From Candidatus Omnitrophota bacterium (GTDB lineage Bacteria; Omnitrophota; Gorgyraeia; Zapsychrales; Aceulaceae), in assembly GCA_029564765.1 (NCBI GenBank), contig JAKQPK010000029.1, forward strand, positions 119 to 64,118: DNA of 64,000 nt, given 5' to 3'. Position numbers and translations under genes: made by a program. Position 1 is the first letter of the stretch. Each line of letters opens with the position of its first letter. The notes under the pieces are model-generated. The model was not told where the DNA came from. It searched no databases and worked only from the letters and a program-made list of their open reading frames with translations. Positions 15,001-27,000 of this stretch are shown here, piece by piece.

Positions 15001-18000
15001 GGATGATCATTTTGGCGCCAGCATTGAACAGGATGTTTCAATGTGGGATAAGATCATTCTTCTTCATGGCGCTGGCAGCGATAAGTACCAAAAGATCCAT
15101 CACGATGATATCGAAGGATACTTCTGGACGCCAGGATTTATTACATTTTATGAGAATGGCGGAAGAGATCAGATCTGGAACTTGCTGACCGATGACGAAA
15201 AGAATAGCTATGAGATTGATCCACCGGCTAAGGGGGGTAGAAAAGGAATATTAACGGTCGACAATATTCTACGCAAGGTTTATCCAGATATTAAAACTTC
15301 CAAGTGGGGCATTTTAGGCTGGATCCGCGTTAATATCAGTTTCAATAGAATTTTGGCTGTTGTACTTGGCGTTTCAGCTTTGTCTTCCTTGGGATTGATC
15401 TTTGCGCCGGCAACAATGAGCTTTACGGCTGTCACAGGTCCTTTTGCTATTATTGCAGGTACCGTAGCCATTATTGGCATCGCTTATGGCGTTATGGTAT
15501 GGGTTGATAAGAAAAATCAGCAAAAGCTTCAGACAAAGGATGTTTACGGCGAATCCGTTTCCCCAGACACATGGGCTAAGAACAATCCTGTTAAAGGCAC
15601 AGCTACCCGCAAGGCAAGAGCTACTGTTGTTATGGTCGTTACGCTCTTGATGAAGCTGGGAGCTGACTTTATCACTTGGCATTGGCTTTCTGGAGCCTTA
15701 AATATTATTCATGGAAGCACATGGATTACAGCGTATGGCGCTATGTTTGGAGGCCCATACATTCTTTTAGCTGTCGTTGTATCGTTGTTCTTCCTTATTT
15801 TCTTCCTTGATATCTTTGCTTGCTACTATATTGTTGAAGGCGCCTTGGGCCACTGGATCGCAAAATTTGAAGGGGTCAATCGCGTTAACGCGTGGAATAA
15901 TCGCTCCTGGAAGAGTATTTCCGGATTTTTCTTTAGCACAGTAAGTTTTCTTGGTATCGTTTCTTTGATCCCAGGCGTTAACGTGGTCACTGGCATTGCT
16001 GTTGCTGTAAGTATTCCAAAGTTTTGGGCTTTCTTGGCAACAGGAGCTGCCATAACTTTATTTGTGTTAGTTATCGATGCTGCGCTAAAGGCCTTTGGCG
16101 CTGAAAGGATCATGGGTGAGAGTGTTAGAGGAAGCTTCAAGAGAGCTTCTCAATATTTCGCTGAAAAGATCCTCCCAGCCTCCATTGTAGGCGTTGATGG
16201 CCAGCGTCGCCCGATGACAAAGACCGAGAAGCTTATCGCTTGGGCTAAAGCATGGAACATGATCATTGCTCAATACCGCGAAGATGATCTGATCTCGGAT
16301 GATGAAAAAAGCGCTTTAAGCTATACAATTGCAAACATTCAAGAAAATGATTTCTTAGCCGGAAATATCACTAAGGATCCTGATTTAAGCGTTGTCCCTG
16401 AAGATGAGCGTGTTCGCGCAAGGATCCAGTTCTTTGTTTCTACGCTTTTCATGAAAATGGAAAACATGCCAGTCTGGGAAAAAATGTATTTATTCAGCGT
16501 TGTCACACCTCTTTATGAAGAGCCGATCATGTATCCGTTTGCCGACAAAACTTTTGGTGAATACGATGCGATCAATCAGAAGTATAAATCCGGACATACG
16601 CTTTTAACCTATCTTATTCATCGTCATTTACAGCAATGGATCAATTTTGTTGAGCGCTTAGCACGTTCCGGCAAGTATAGCGAAAAAGATATTAGTAAGC
16701 TTTACGATTTAAAGCAGAACGAAAGATTAGAGATCACCAATGAAGATCTGATCACTGAAGTTCGTCTATGGGTATCTTATAGATTGCAGCCTTTAGCTCG
16801 CACCGTTCGCGGCGTCATGAATTATCGTCAAGTTTATACCTTCTGGGCTAAGGTCAACTATCCAACACCTCAAAGCCTCCAGCAGCCGACAGCTGAGCAA
16901 TACAACGAAGAGATCGAGAAGATGGTTGATGATAAGTTTGAATATATTGTTGGCCATCAGCCTTATGGCAACTTAGTCGGTAAAGAGGGCGATAAGGAAA
17001 CAATGCTAGTCCAAGACATTCACTATATGTTAAAGAAGTATCGCGGCATGAAGGTTGCTTATCTTGGTAATAGCGATGTCAAAACTGGCACGCCTTATCG
17101 CGGCGTTCTATTGCAATATCGTAAAGGTCCTAAACAGCAAGGGGAGAAGGTTGTTCAGGAGTTTGAAGGCGGTCGCATTGTTGAGATCCATTGTATTAAT
17201 CTTTCTTCGCATTTTGCCGCAGGCCAAGGTAAGCCATTTAACCAGAATAACATCTTTAAGTTTGTTCGTGGCGAGATCGTTCAGATGATGGATATGAATC
17301 AGGACTTTTATCTTGAAGAGGCGTTCAAAGCCCCGAACCTTATGGAGGAATTCAAGAAAGAATCTCGCTTGGCCATTGCAGGGTTCCCCGAAGACGTTAT
17401 CACGGACGTGACAACGCCTGCCGGCCAGGTCCATGCTTTCGGTGACCATACGTTTGTCACTTTAGTTCAGAGAACATTGAATTTTATGGGTATTCGTTAT
17501 CATTATGGCCATCCGGATTTTGTTCGCGCTCAATCCTTCAGGCAGCTTGGTCTTTTGAGCGCTCCTTGGGTCAACGAAGATATTTTCGGGGCTTATAAAG
17601 GCACTATGTATGGCGAAAAGATTATCAACAAAGAAATTCTTCAGGCGGCTAAAGCTCGTGAAACGGTCTTTATTGGCTTAGTGGGTATTTCCGATAAATT
17701 TGGTGCTGGCGCAGGCGAGCAGGCCGTAAGCCAGATCGTATATCGTCACAATCGCTCTAAAGTAGTTGGTTTTTCCAGATCTTTCATGCATTATGTCGCA
17801 TCGATCGGTTACTACTTAAGAAAGCCTGCCATTGTCCTTCAGAACAATTTATATCTTTTAACCGTCGTTCTTTTTGGTATGAGCTTGTTCATGACTTTCC
17901 CTGACGAACTTATTTTTGGTCTTTTGGGCCTTATTCTTTCGCAAGCGATCACCTTTACAGGTTTCTTCCAGTTGGTGCTTGAGAACAGATTGAGCAAGGC

Positions 18001-21000
18001 GATCCGCAAATTCTTGATCATTTTCCCCAAGGCCGCTGTTTCTTATATGTCCTTAGTTTATACAGCGTTCTCTGTAGGTATGAAAAAAGCAATGAAGAAT
18101 AATGGTGATTATGTAAAAACAGGGCGTCGACCTGGCCGAGAACATATGGCGCCGTTTAAGCCTTTGTCAGCAATTGAACTTTTTGATCAGGATGGAAATC
18201 CAACAACAGAAACAAAAGAAGAAATCCAAGGACAAAGAATTGGCGATGCAAGTGATCTTTATGCGCAAATTAATTTGCCGGGCTTCCAGTGGGTGATCAT
18301 CGCTGTCTTTACTATTGCTGGCGGCATCTTCTTGTGGCAAAGCCCTTCAATGATTTGGTCTTTATTCCCGATTGGTATGATCGTTTGCGCTTTGTTTGCT
18401 CCGTTCATTTTGAATGCCGGTTCGTTACCGTTTACTACTGGTGTAAGATCCTGGATTCATCAGCATAGCGCTGATTGGAAAGACTTCCTTAAGAAGATTC
18501 ACGAACAATATCTTGAGGAAGTTAGCATTATGAAGCTTAAGAAGAAAACAAATTTTTACATTGAGAAAAAAATAAAAGACGTTGGTAAGAAAGCAAAAGA
18601 TGATTTAAAGAAGGGAATCCAAGGAGAAAAAGAAGAAGCCCAGGCAAAGAAAGCATTGCAAGATTATCAAGATGCTCAACAGGCAAGAAAGCAGGCGCTC
18701 GGAAAAATTAAAGTTTGGCAAGGAGCTCTTGCTTGGCTTGTCGTCACGACTATTGGCATCTTAACCGTTGTTTTTGCCGGAGGAAAAGTCTTCATCATCT
18801 TAGCCGCAACACTTTTGCTCTATACACTTTCTACGTTTGTCACCGGAACCAAAAGCATAGAAACATATTTAGCTGGTAAAAAGAAGTTTCCTTCTGTTGA
18901 TCAAGATAAAAATCCTTTTTATGCAAAAATTATTAAAGCACGTATTGTCATATATCAATGGGTTATCAAAAACCATATTTTTAAAACTATTTTAAAAACA
19001 CGAATTTCGATATCTAAATGGATTATCAAGGTCAGAGAACTCTTTAATTTTTATGTTTCTGGAACAGCTATTATGATAACGCTAACCATCGTCGGTTTTA
19101 TAAGCATCATTTTTGCTGCCCCTTATTGTATGATTGTAGGCTTAAAGAAAACCCGAATTTTAAAGAAAGGCTTTAATCCAAAGAATCGCGGAGCAGCTAA
19201 CGAGAATTCTTCAAATGATCCCCGTAACAGCCCCCGCAACAACCCGCCGGTCAACGAAAATAAGAAAGCCGTTTATGAAGAAGAAACAGAAAAAGCCGCT
19301 ACTGAAAAAGCTGAGCAAGATAGAATTGCTGAAGCTGCCCATATCGCCCAAGAGAACCGCAAAGCCCAAGAAGCCGAAGCTGCTCGCCTTGCTCAAGAAA
19401 AGGCAGATCAAGAAAAAGCCGCTCAAGCTGAAGCCGCCCGCGTGAACGGCCTTCTCGCTCAGATCAAGAATTTTATTCAATCCAGCGAAGTTACGGATGC
19501 CTTAATGAGCGATGCCGATCAGCGCGTTAGCGAGGCTGCTTCGCTTAAGAAGCAAGAGTTAAGAAATGCTGAGGCTCAGGCTGAAAAAGAAGCTGCTGAA
19601 GCCGCCCGCCTTGCTGATGAAAAGGCCGCTCAAGAAAAGGCAGATCAAGAAAAAGCCGCTCAAGCCGAAGCCGCCCGCCTTGCTGAAGAAAAAGCTGAAG
19701 CTGATCGTATCGCTGGTGAGAAAGCGGGCCAAGAAGACACAGAAACGACTCTTAACGCCCAGCAAGCCGAAGCTGATGACCGCATCGCTGAAAATAAACT
19801 TAAAGCCAATAAAGCCATAGATTCTCTTCAAAAATTGATCGATCAATATAACAATCTGATCGAGAAGTTTCGCGCTGGCAATGATCTTGCGACCGCGCAG
19901 AAATATGAACAGCTAAGAGATCAAGTTCAGGGAAAGATAGAAAAAATACGCAATGAAAATAACGGCACACTATCTTCCGCCCTTAAAGCAAATAACAGCT
20001 CAAGCTCTTCTTCGGTCAGATCGTGGAAAAATATCTTCAACAGAAATAAGATTTCTGCGCAAGATCCCGCAGAGCAGTCGACAGATAGATCAGCCGAAGA
20101 CTCTATCCAAGTTCCTGAATTTAACGAAAATGGACCTGTCAAGGTAACGCCAGAAGCAGAGGAATTGGAAGACCTGATCAGATCATTAGTTGATCAATAT
20201 AAGAACTATCTTGCCATTGTCGAAGATGTTAAGGCTCGCCTGCCGCAATTAGAGGCTTTGAGAGTTTTGTTGACCGAAACGACAAAGCAAGTGGAAGAGA
20301 CCCAAGAACTTGCGATGGGCAATGAAGATCCTGAAACGATATCAGCGATCTCAGAGGCAGTTCTTGAGATGATCAGCACGACCGAGACCTTAAGAGCGGA
20401 TCTTACAAATTTCGAAAATGAAATTGTTACTTTAAAAGAGCAGGCTGGCCAGCGATTGAACGCAATGGGCGACCTGTACGAAGACATCGCGCAAAAACAA
20501 AGATTTTATCAAGAGAAGAAAGAACAAGCTTCTCGCGCGCAGCAAAAAGCCCAAGATGCTCTGCGTAAGGCTCATGATGAATATAACACTGCCAACAACA
20601 GCCAGCAGACAGCCATAAGTCTTGTAGGCGAAAAAGAAGCTGCCGCAACAAAAGCCCAGGAAGCGATCAACGTTCTATTGCAGAGCATTCAGACAGCCAA
20701 AGAATGGCTCGATCCTTTGAAAGAAGAACTCCGATCCCTTGAGCAAAGAATACGTGACGAAAAAGCATTAGAAGCTGGTCGTCGAAGCCAGAGGGAAACC
20801 TTCGAAAATAGGGCTGATCATCTAGAAAATAAAAAGAATGTATTGCAAGCAGAATTAGATGCGATCGACCAGCAGCTTAACGATGTTTTGAGATCTTTAT
20901 CTGAAGCGCGTGCGAAAGAGGCGGAAGCGTTGCTTCTGATGACCACGAAAGAGGCTGAAGAAAACGACGCCCGTTTAGCCGCAAAGGCCGCGCAAGCATC

Positions 21001-24000
21001 TTGCAAAAAAGCCAAAGAAGAAGCTTTAGCGCAAAGACGTAGCGAAGAATTAGCCCGCACTCTTGCCCAAGATGCTGAGATCCAGGCTCAAGGATTTGAA
21101 GAAAATGAAAATGATGCCAGAAGCATAGCAGAAGCTAATGAACAAAAAGCTGAAAGCACCTCCAGCGACTATCGATCCGTACAAAAACTTGCCTCTGACA
21201 AAGAAAGCGCAATGTTGCGCGAACAAGCTGATGAGCAAGAAGCTACGCGAAAAGTTTATGATCTGACAGAGCAAAAGCTTCAGCTGGAAAAACAGGCGCA
21301 ACAAGCACAAGCAATTATTGCTCAAAAAGAACGCGAAGCTAAGGCCTATCGGACAAAAGAGCAGAACCATAGAATGCTCGCGGAGCAGAAAGAAAAAGAT
21401 ATAGAACAGCAAGAAAAGATCAAGCAAGAAGCTCGCGAGCGGATGATCAAAGAAGGTTTGCAGGCAAGATCTGCCTCTTTATGGGAGCAGCATGAAGAGA
21501 TCAGGAAGCTTCTTGCTTCTGCTGAAAACGATAAAGGAACGCTGCAAAGAACAATCGACGACAATGTTTTGTCTATCGGTAAGCTTAAAGAAGAGCAAGC
21601 AAAGAATAAAGAGAGGCTATCTGATGTTTTGCAAGAGATAGAAGCTGTTCGCTCTAAGATCCAAGAAAGCCGGAAAAAGATCTATGATGCCAACAATGGC
21701 TATGGGGCTTCTTTAAAAGAAAGAAATTCACAGGCCGTTGCTTCAGAAAGCGGCATGGACGAGTTGTTGTTCTCGCAAAGAACCCTTTTAACCGAGAAAC
21801 AACATTTAGAGGAGAGGGACACAGAAATTAGCCGAGCGCTTGGAGGCTTGCAAAATAGTCTAACAAAGCATCGCATTGCTGTTGTCTCGCTTAATAAGAA
21901 AATTGTTGAAAATAGCCCGAAATTTAGGCGCATACGAAAAGAAGCAGAAAGCGTAGATCAGCTGATAACAGACCTGCAGAGCGCGATAGAAAGGGCCAAT
22001 GCCGCCAGCACAGAATATGTTCTTGCTGCTCAGAAAGAACGCAGGCAGGAAGACGAAAATCGTCAGTTGGCAATAGGGATTGAAATAGAAATAAAGAATG
22101 CAAAGTCTTCTAAAGACCAGGCAAAAAAGATGATCGAAGACCTGGAACAGCAGATCCTTGGCAAGAAGGCCGCGCAAGAAACAGCAAAGAGCAGATTCTT
22201 TGAGCTAAAAAGCTCTTTTGGATCTTTGCAAGCACGTGCTCGCGCCTTGGGCGAAGAGAATAAGGGCGCGTCTGAGAAGGCGAAGGCCGCGCGCGATCAG
22301 GAAAAGCTATTTTGTCAGAAAAAAGAAGAATCTTTGCATGTGGCCCGCCTAAAGCGTCAAGAGGAGCAAGAAGCTCGTCAGGAAGCGGAAGAGCAAGAAG
22401 CGCTTTCCCACAAGAAAACACAAGAGCACAATCTGTTTTTAGCTAAAGCTCGGGAAGCAAAGGAGATCTCTCAGCAGCAAGCCCAGATCGTGGAGGCGCA
22501 GCAAAAGAGGATCCTTGAGCTTGAGATCCTTCAGCAGCAGTTCAGCGAGAGCTCTTCTAAGAAGCGTTCTCAGGTAGGACGGCTAGCGCAGATCCTCAAT
22601 CTTTTATTCAAGGAGATCAACGAAAAGATCCTCAACGAGGAGAATCTGAGACAATCTTGGCAAGAATATGAGCAACAATACAATACACAGCAGACTGTTT
22701 ACGCGTCTACGTCAAAAGAGAAATTTGACGCTGAACAAGAAGTCCTTAAGCAACAAAACATCCTTCAGCTATCACAGCAAGAGAAGATAAGGCAGGAAAC
22801 GATCGCTTATGAGGCTCAGCAAATAGCCGAACGATCACAGACAGAAATAGATCATCTGAGCGCAAAGATCTTGCGCGCCCAACAGGATGAGATCCGCTTT
22901 GGGCAGGTCATGATCGACATAGAAAGGCTGCATACGGAAACGACACGCCAATGGCTTGCAAAGATCTCCGATGAGATCAAAAAAGACCGATCACAAGGCC
23001 AAGGCGCTTCGCCGATATCTGAGCCTTTCATTCCCGTGCCGTCGATAACACCAGCGTCTTCGATCTTGTTGCCGAGTATTTTAATGCCAACATTTATAGT
23101 GATCCCAGGCTTTTTAAGCCGTTCGTACCCATCCAATAGGGGCCAAGGCGTTTTAAGTAATGATGCTATTCGCGCTTGGCTTGCCGAAAAGATTTCTGCA
23201 CCAACAAAAGCTGTCAAAGAGAACCAGGGGTTGGTGTTCGGAAAGCCGTTGTCGCAATCGACAACGGCTTTCTCTTTGCTTCGCCCCAGGGAAAATTTGG
23301 TCAGGGATGAGATTTCTTCACAAACAGGCCGCTGTCAGAATCTTCCTACCGTGGCAGGAAGCAAGATTTCTTCAACAGCGGCCTTTGCTTTGATCGATAA
23401 GTCGTCGAAGGCTGACCTTCTTTCCGTGGCTGGAACGGGCACCGATGTGGCGACTTTAAATTTTGCTAACAGGCCGTTATTAGAAACATCTTCTTTCCGT
23501 GGTCCCGCTCCTCTCATTCAAAATTTTGTTTATCAAGGAAAAGGAAGCGGTATCCAGATTTCCTCTCGAAATAAATTTAAGGGGAATCTGGTCTGGAACC
23601 GGGTTTCGAGCACGGCCTGTTCTTTATTTTTCAGTGGTTTCAATTCGACTTCTAAATTTTTCTCACAAAACAGGCCGGCGCTTAATCCTTACCGTGGCAG
23701 GGAAGATTTTAATGCACCGGCTTCTGTTTCTTGTTCATTGATAAATATTTTAAGAACGGTCTCGATCTGTTTCTTGGCCGCCGCTATCTTGACTTTTGCA
23801 TCTTGCAAGAAAGAGGAAGAAGACCTGATCAGCCAAGGCATTTGGCCGGTCAGCGTGACGACCCAGAATAACCAGATCTATGTTGATGGCACGCAGTTTC
23901 GGATCAAGGGCCTCACAGCAGACCAAAAACTCTTGACCATGGATGACCTCGCGCAGATCAAAAAGCTTGGCAATGACATTACCTTGCGCGTTTATCTGCC

Positions 24001-27000
24001 TGTTGTGAACAAAGAACTTTTAGCAAAAGCTGCCCAAGAGAATATTAAGCTTATTATCGTTATTCCTTATGATATTAAAGCCGGATCTGTTTACGCTCTT
24101 AAAGACGGTTTTTATGCGGCTTATATCGAAGACTATAAAAAATACGCTGCTATTTTAATGTACGAACTTGGCAACGAATATAATCTCCACCCTGAATGGT
24201 TCAACGGTGACATCAATGTTTGGTACGCAGCCGCGGAAGAGGCTGCTCAAGTGATCAAATCGATCGATCCATCTCGTCCAGTCTCGATGTCTTTTGGCGG
24301 TTGGGCTCCAACCCCTGATATTATCGCCCAATGTCCTTCTGTTGACGTCTGGAGCTTAAACGTTTATCAAGGCTTAAGCTTAAGCGGTGTTTATTCCGCT
24401 TGGCAATCCTTAGGCGTCAACAAGCCGATGTATGTCGGTGAAACAGGCGCGGATTCTTGGAATGCTACAACAAATCAAGAAGATGAGGCTGCACAGGCGT
24501 ATGCCGCTAAAACGCTTTGGCAGGAATATGCGCAGTCCTACACAAATGTTTGCGCTGGCATAACCTTCATGACCTTGCAAGACAATCCTACCTTAACTCA
24601 AAGCCTTCCGTTGTCTGTTTATCCGGATAACACGGCCAATGAATGGGCATGGGGCTGGCTCAGATCTAACGGAACACCCAAAGCTGTTGTCGATACCATG
24701 GCCAATGTGTGGGCGGGGAATGGCGGTAAGAAAAATATAAAAATTAAGCTGGCCCCCAACGAGAAGATTGAAAAAAAGAACAGCAATAAAAAAGTATCGT
24801 CCGCTATTATTTTAGATATTTATGATCCAGGCTTGCTGCTTTTGACAGTTGTTTTTTGGGGGGGTGCTATTATTTTTGTCATTTACCACATATTGAAGTT
24901 TATTGCGAGCACTATACAAGAAGTCGTAAGAACGCGTCAAAACAAAAGATCGCAAGCAAATCAGCAAGGAAAAGATGAGCTAAAAGAGATCTTTTTGTCA
25001 GCTTTAAGGGATGTTGACGAGGGTAAAGGAAGCGGAGAAGTTAAAGAAGCTTTTATTCGTAATCGTCAACAGTTAAACCAATTATTTGCCGAAAACAGCA
25101 TTATTTATCGTGAGCACACCTGGGGGACGATGATGGTTACCCCAGATGGCGTATACAATAATGAATATGATTTCCCACAAAGATACTCTAACACAAAAGA
25201 GCGAGAGGAGCTCGTAGGCAGCAAGAATATTGAAGATTTTGGTTATCAAGATTCCTTTTTAGGGGACGAGAAAGCTGGTATAGAGATCACGTATCGACTA
25301 TCTCGTAAAATAAACACTGCGAAGCTGAAAGATTTCTTTCTTCAGTTTACTCGGGAAGCGGCGATAATATTTTCCTATATTCCCGGAGAACCTTCTGAAG
25401 CCGTTTTTTCTTTTCAGCTTCTTTTAGACGAAGCTCTTGTAAAAGCTGCGGAAATCTACCAGCAAGGTTTTCATTTCAAAATTGATATAGACGAGGCAAC
25501 AGAGGAGAGAGGAAGATATCATTCTTGTACAGATGCAAATAGTAATCATTGCTGTGGTGAACCTTATGCTTCAGGATGCCCAGGATCAGGATATTGGGTT
25601 GTTACGGGGATCTCCACTCGTGTTACTAAAAACGGCGAGATACATAAGACAAAAAAGACCTCTTCTTCAACCCTTAGCCAGCGCAAAGCCCAAGAGATAT
25701 TATTCTCCTTTTTAGCGCAGGAAGACCAGCTTCCTTCTGATCCGGCTGACTTGTTGTTATTGTTAGGCAACAGCCGCTTGGAAACAGTTGAATTAGCTGC
25801 ATATATATACAATCAAGGATTAGCTAGAAATATATTTGTTACCGGCGGCATTGGAAGGGAAACACCATTTCTCGTTAACAACATCAAACGATCTGGAAGA
25901 TATTTAGTCCAGTCGAACCAGCCTGAGGCGTACATATTTAAGGATGTTCTTGTCGCCAATGGGGTCCCAGAAGGCGCTATTTTTGTAGAAGACCTATCAA
26001 CTAATTCAAAAGAAAATATTATTTATAGCAAAGAGATCATTGAGGATCGAAATATTGCGCATGATGTTGTTATTCTGGTCCAGCATCCTTTGATCCAGAA
26101 AAGAGCGGTGGCCACATTCAAACGCTGGATGAGCGATGATGTTGTCATAAGCCGTACGCCTTCCTGGAGAAACATTTGGAATAGACTGACAACAGAAGAG
26201 CAACGAGATTTCACAAAGATGGCTTTAGGAGAAATTGATCGACTTCAAAAATATGGTCCCAAGGGCTTTGGCGATATTGCTTATGTCAAGATCCCTTCCC
26301 GGGTATCGGAAGCATATTCTATTTTAAAAGGAAAGATTTCTTCATCTATTTCTTCTTTTCGTTTTTATTTTAAGTTATCTCTGCTTGTCTTAAGTCTGGG
26401 CCTTTTTACTGCCTGTTCTTCTCGCGATCAGAACGAGAAGAACAATCAGGCGGAACAATCGGTACGCCAGTGCCCACAGATGAAAGTCGAAGACAGGGCA
26501 AAGCTTTCCGATATTCTTGAGCGCGCAGGGTATTCTGGCGCGGCTAAGGATCAGCTGATTAATGAGTTTGCAATACTTTTCCAAGAGATCAACTTTGAGC
26601 GCTTCCAGAAAGAATTACAAACCGAAGATCCTGAAGATCTGGAAAAAGCCATCAACGAACTTATCAGCGTTCTTAAGGGAAAAGGATATTTAGACACTTC
26701 CAATCCCAAGACATTGCTGAAGCTTTTAGTCAACGGTCTTAATCCAAGAGGCGAAGATGTTTTTAAATTGTTGGACGAGTCTAGCTTGAGCAACGAAGTC
26801 AAGACTTTAGAAAAAGAAATCCTTGTTGCTTGTTCTGCTCAATCCCAATTAGCATATATTCTTCTGCGCTTAGCTGATATATCTGCAATTGGAATTCTTT
26901 CAGATAATCCACATCTTTCAAAAGCCGGGCATGCTTATGTCATTATAGAAACAAGGAGCGGACGGTTTATTTTTGTAGATTTTGTAAATAGATTTGCTCG

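Noticed and set aside
14492-19142. Eukaryotic (fungal, plant or protist) origin of the contig because of GT48
   Set aside because: There are no introns, and the same frame encodes bacterial-type lipoprotein signals, a beta-barrel, and CheR, RelA/SpoT and YdcF domains.
20150-22990. SMC/Rad50 protein or phage tape-measure protein
   Set aside because: No Walker A/B, signature or hinge motifs, and no phage structural context.
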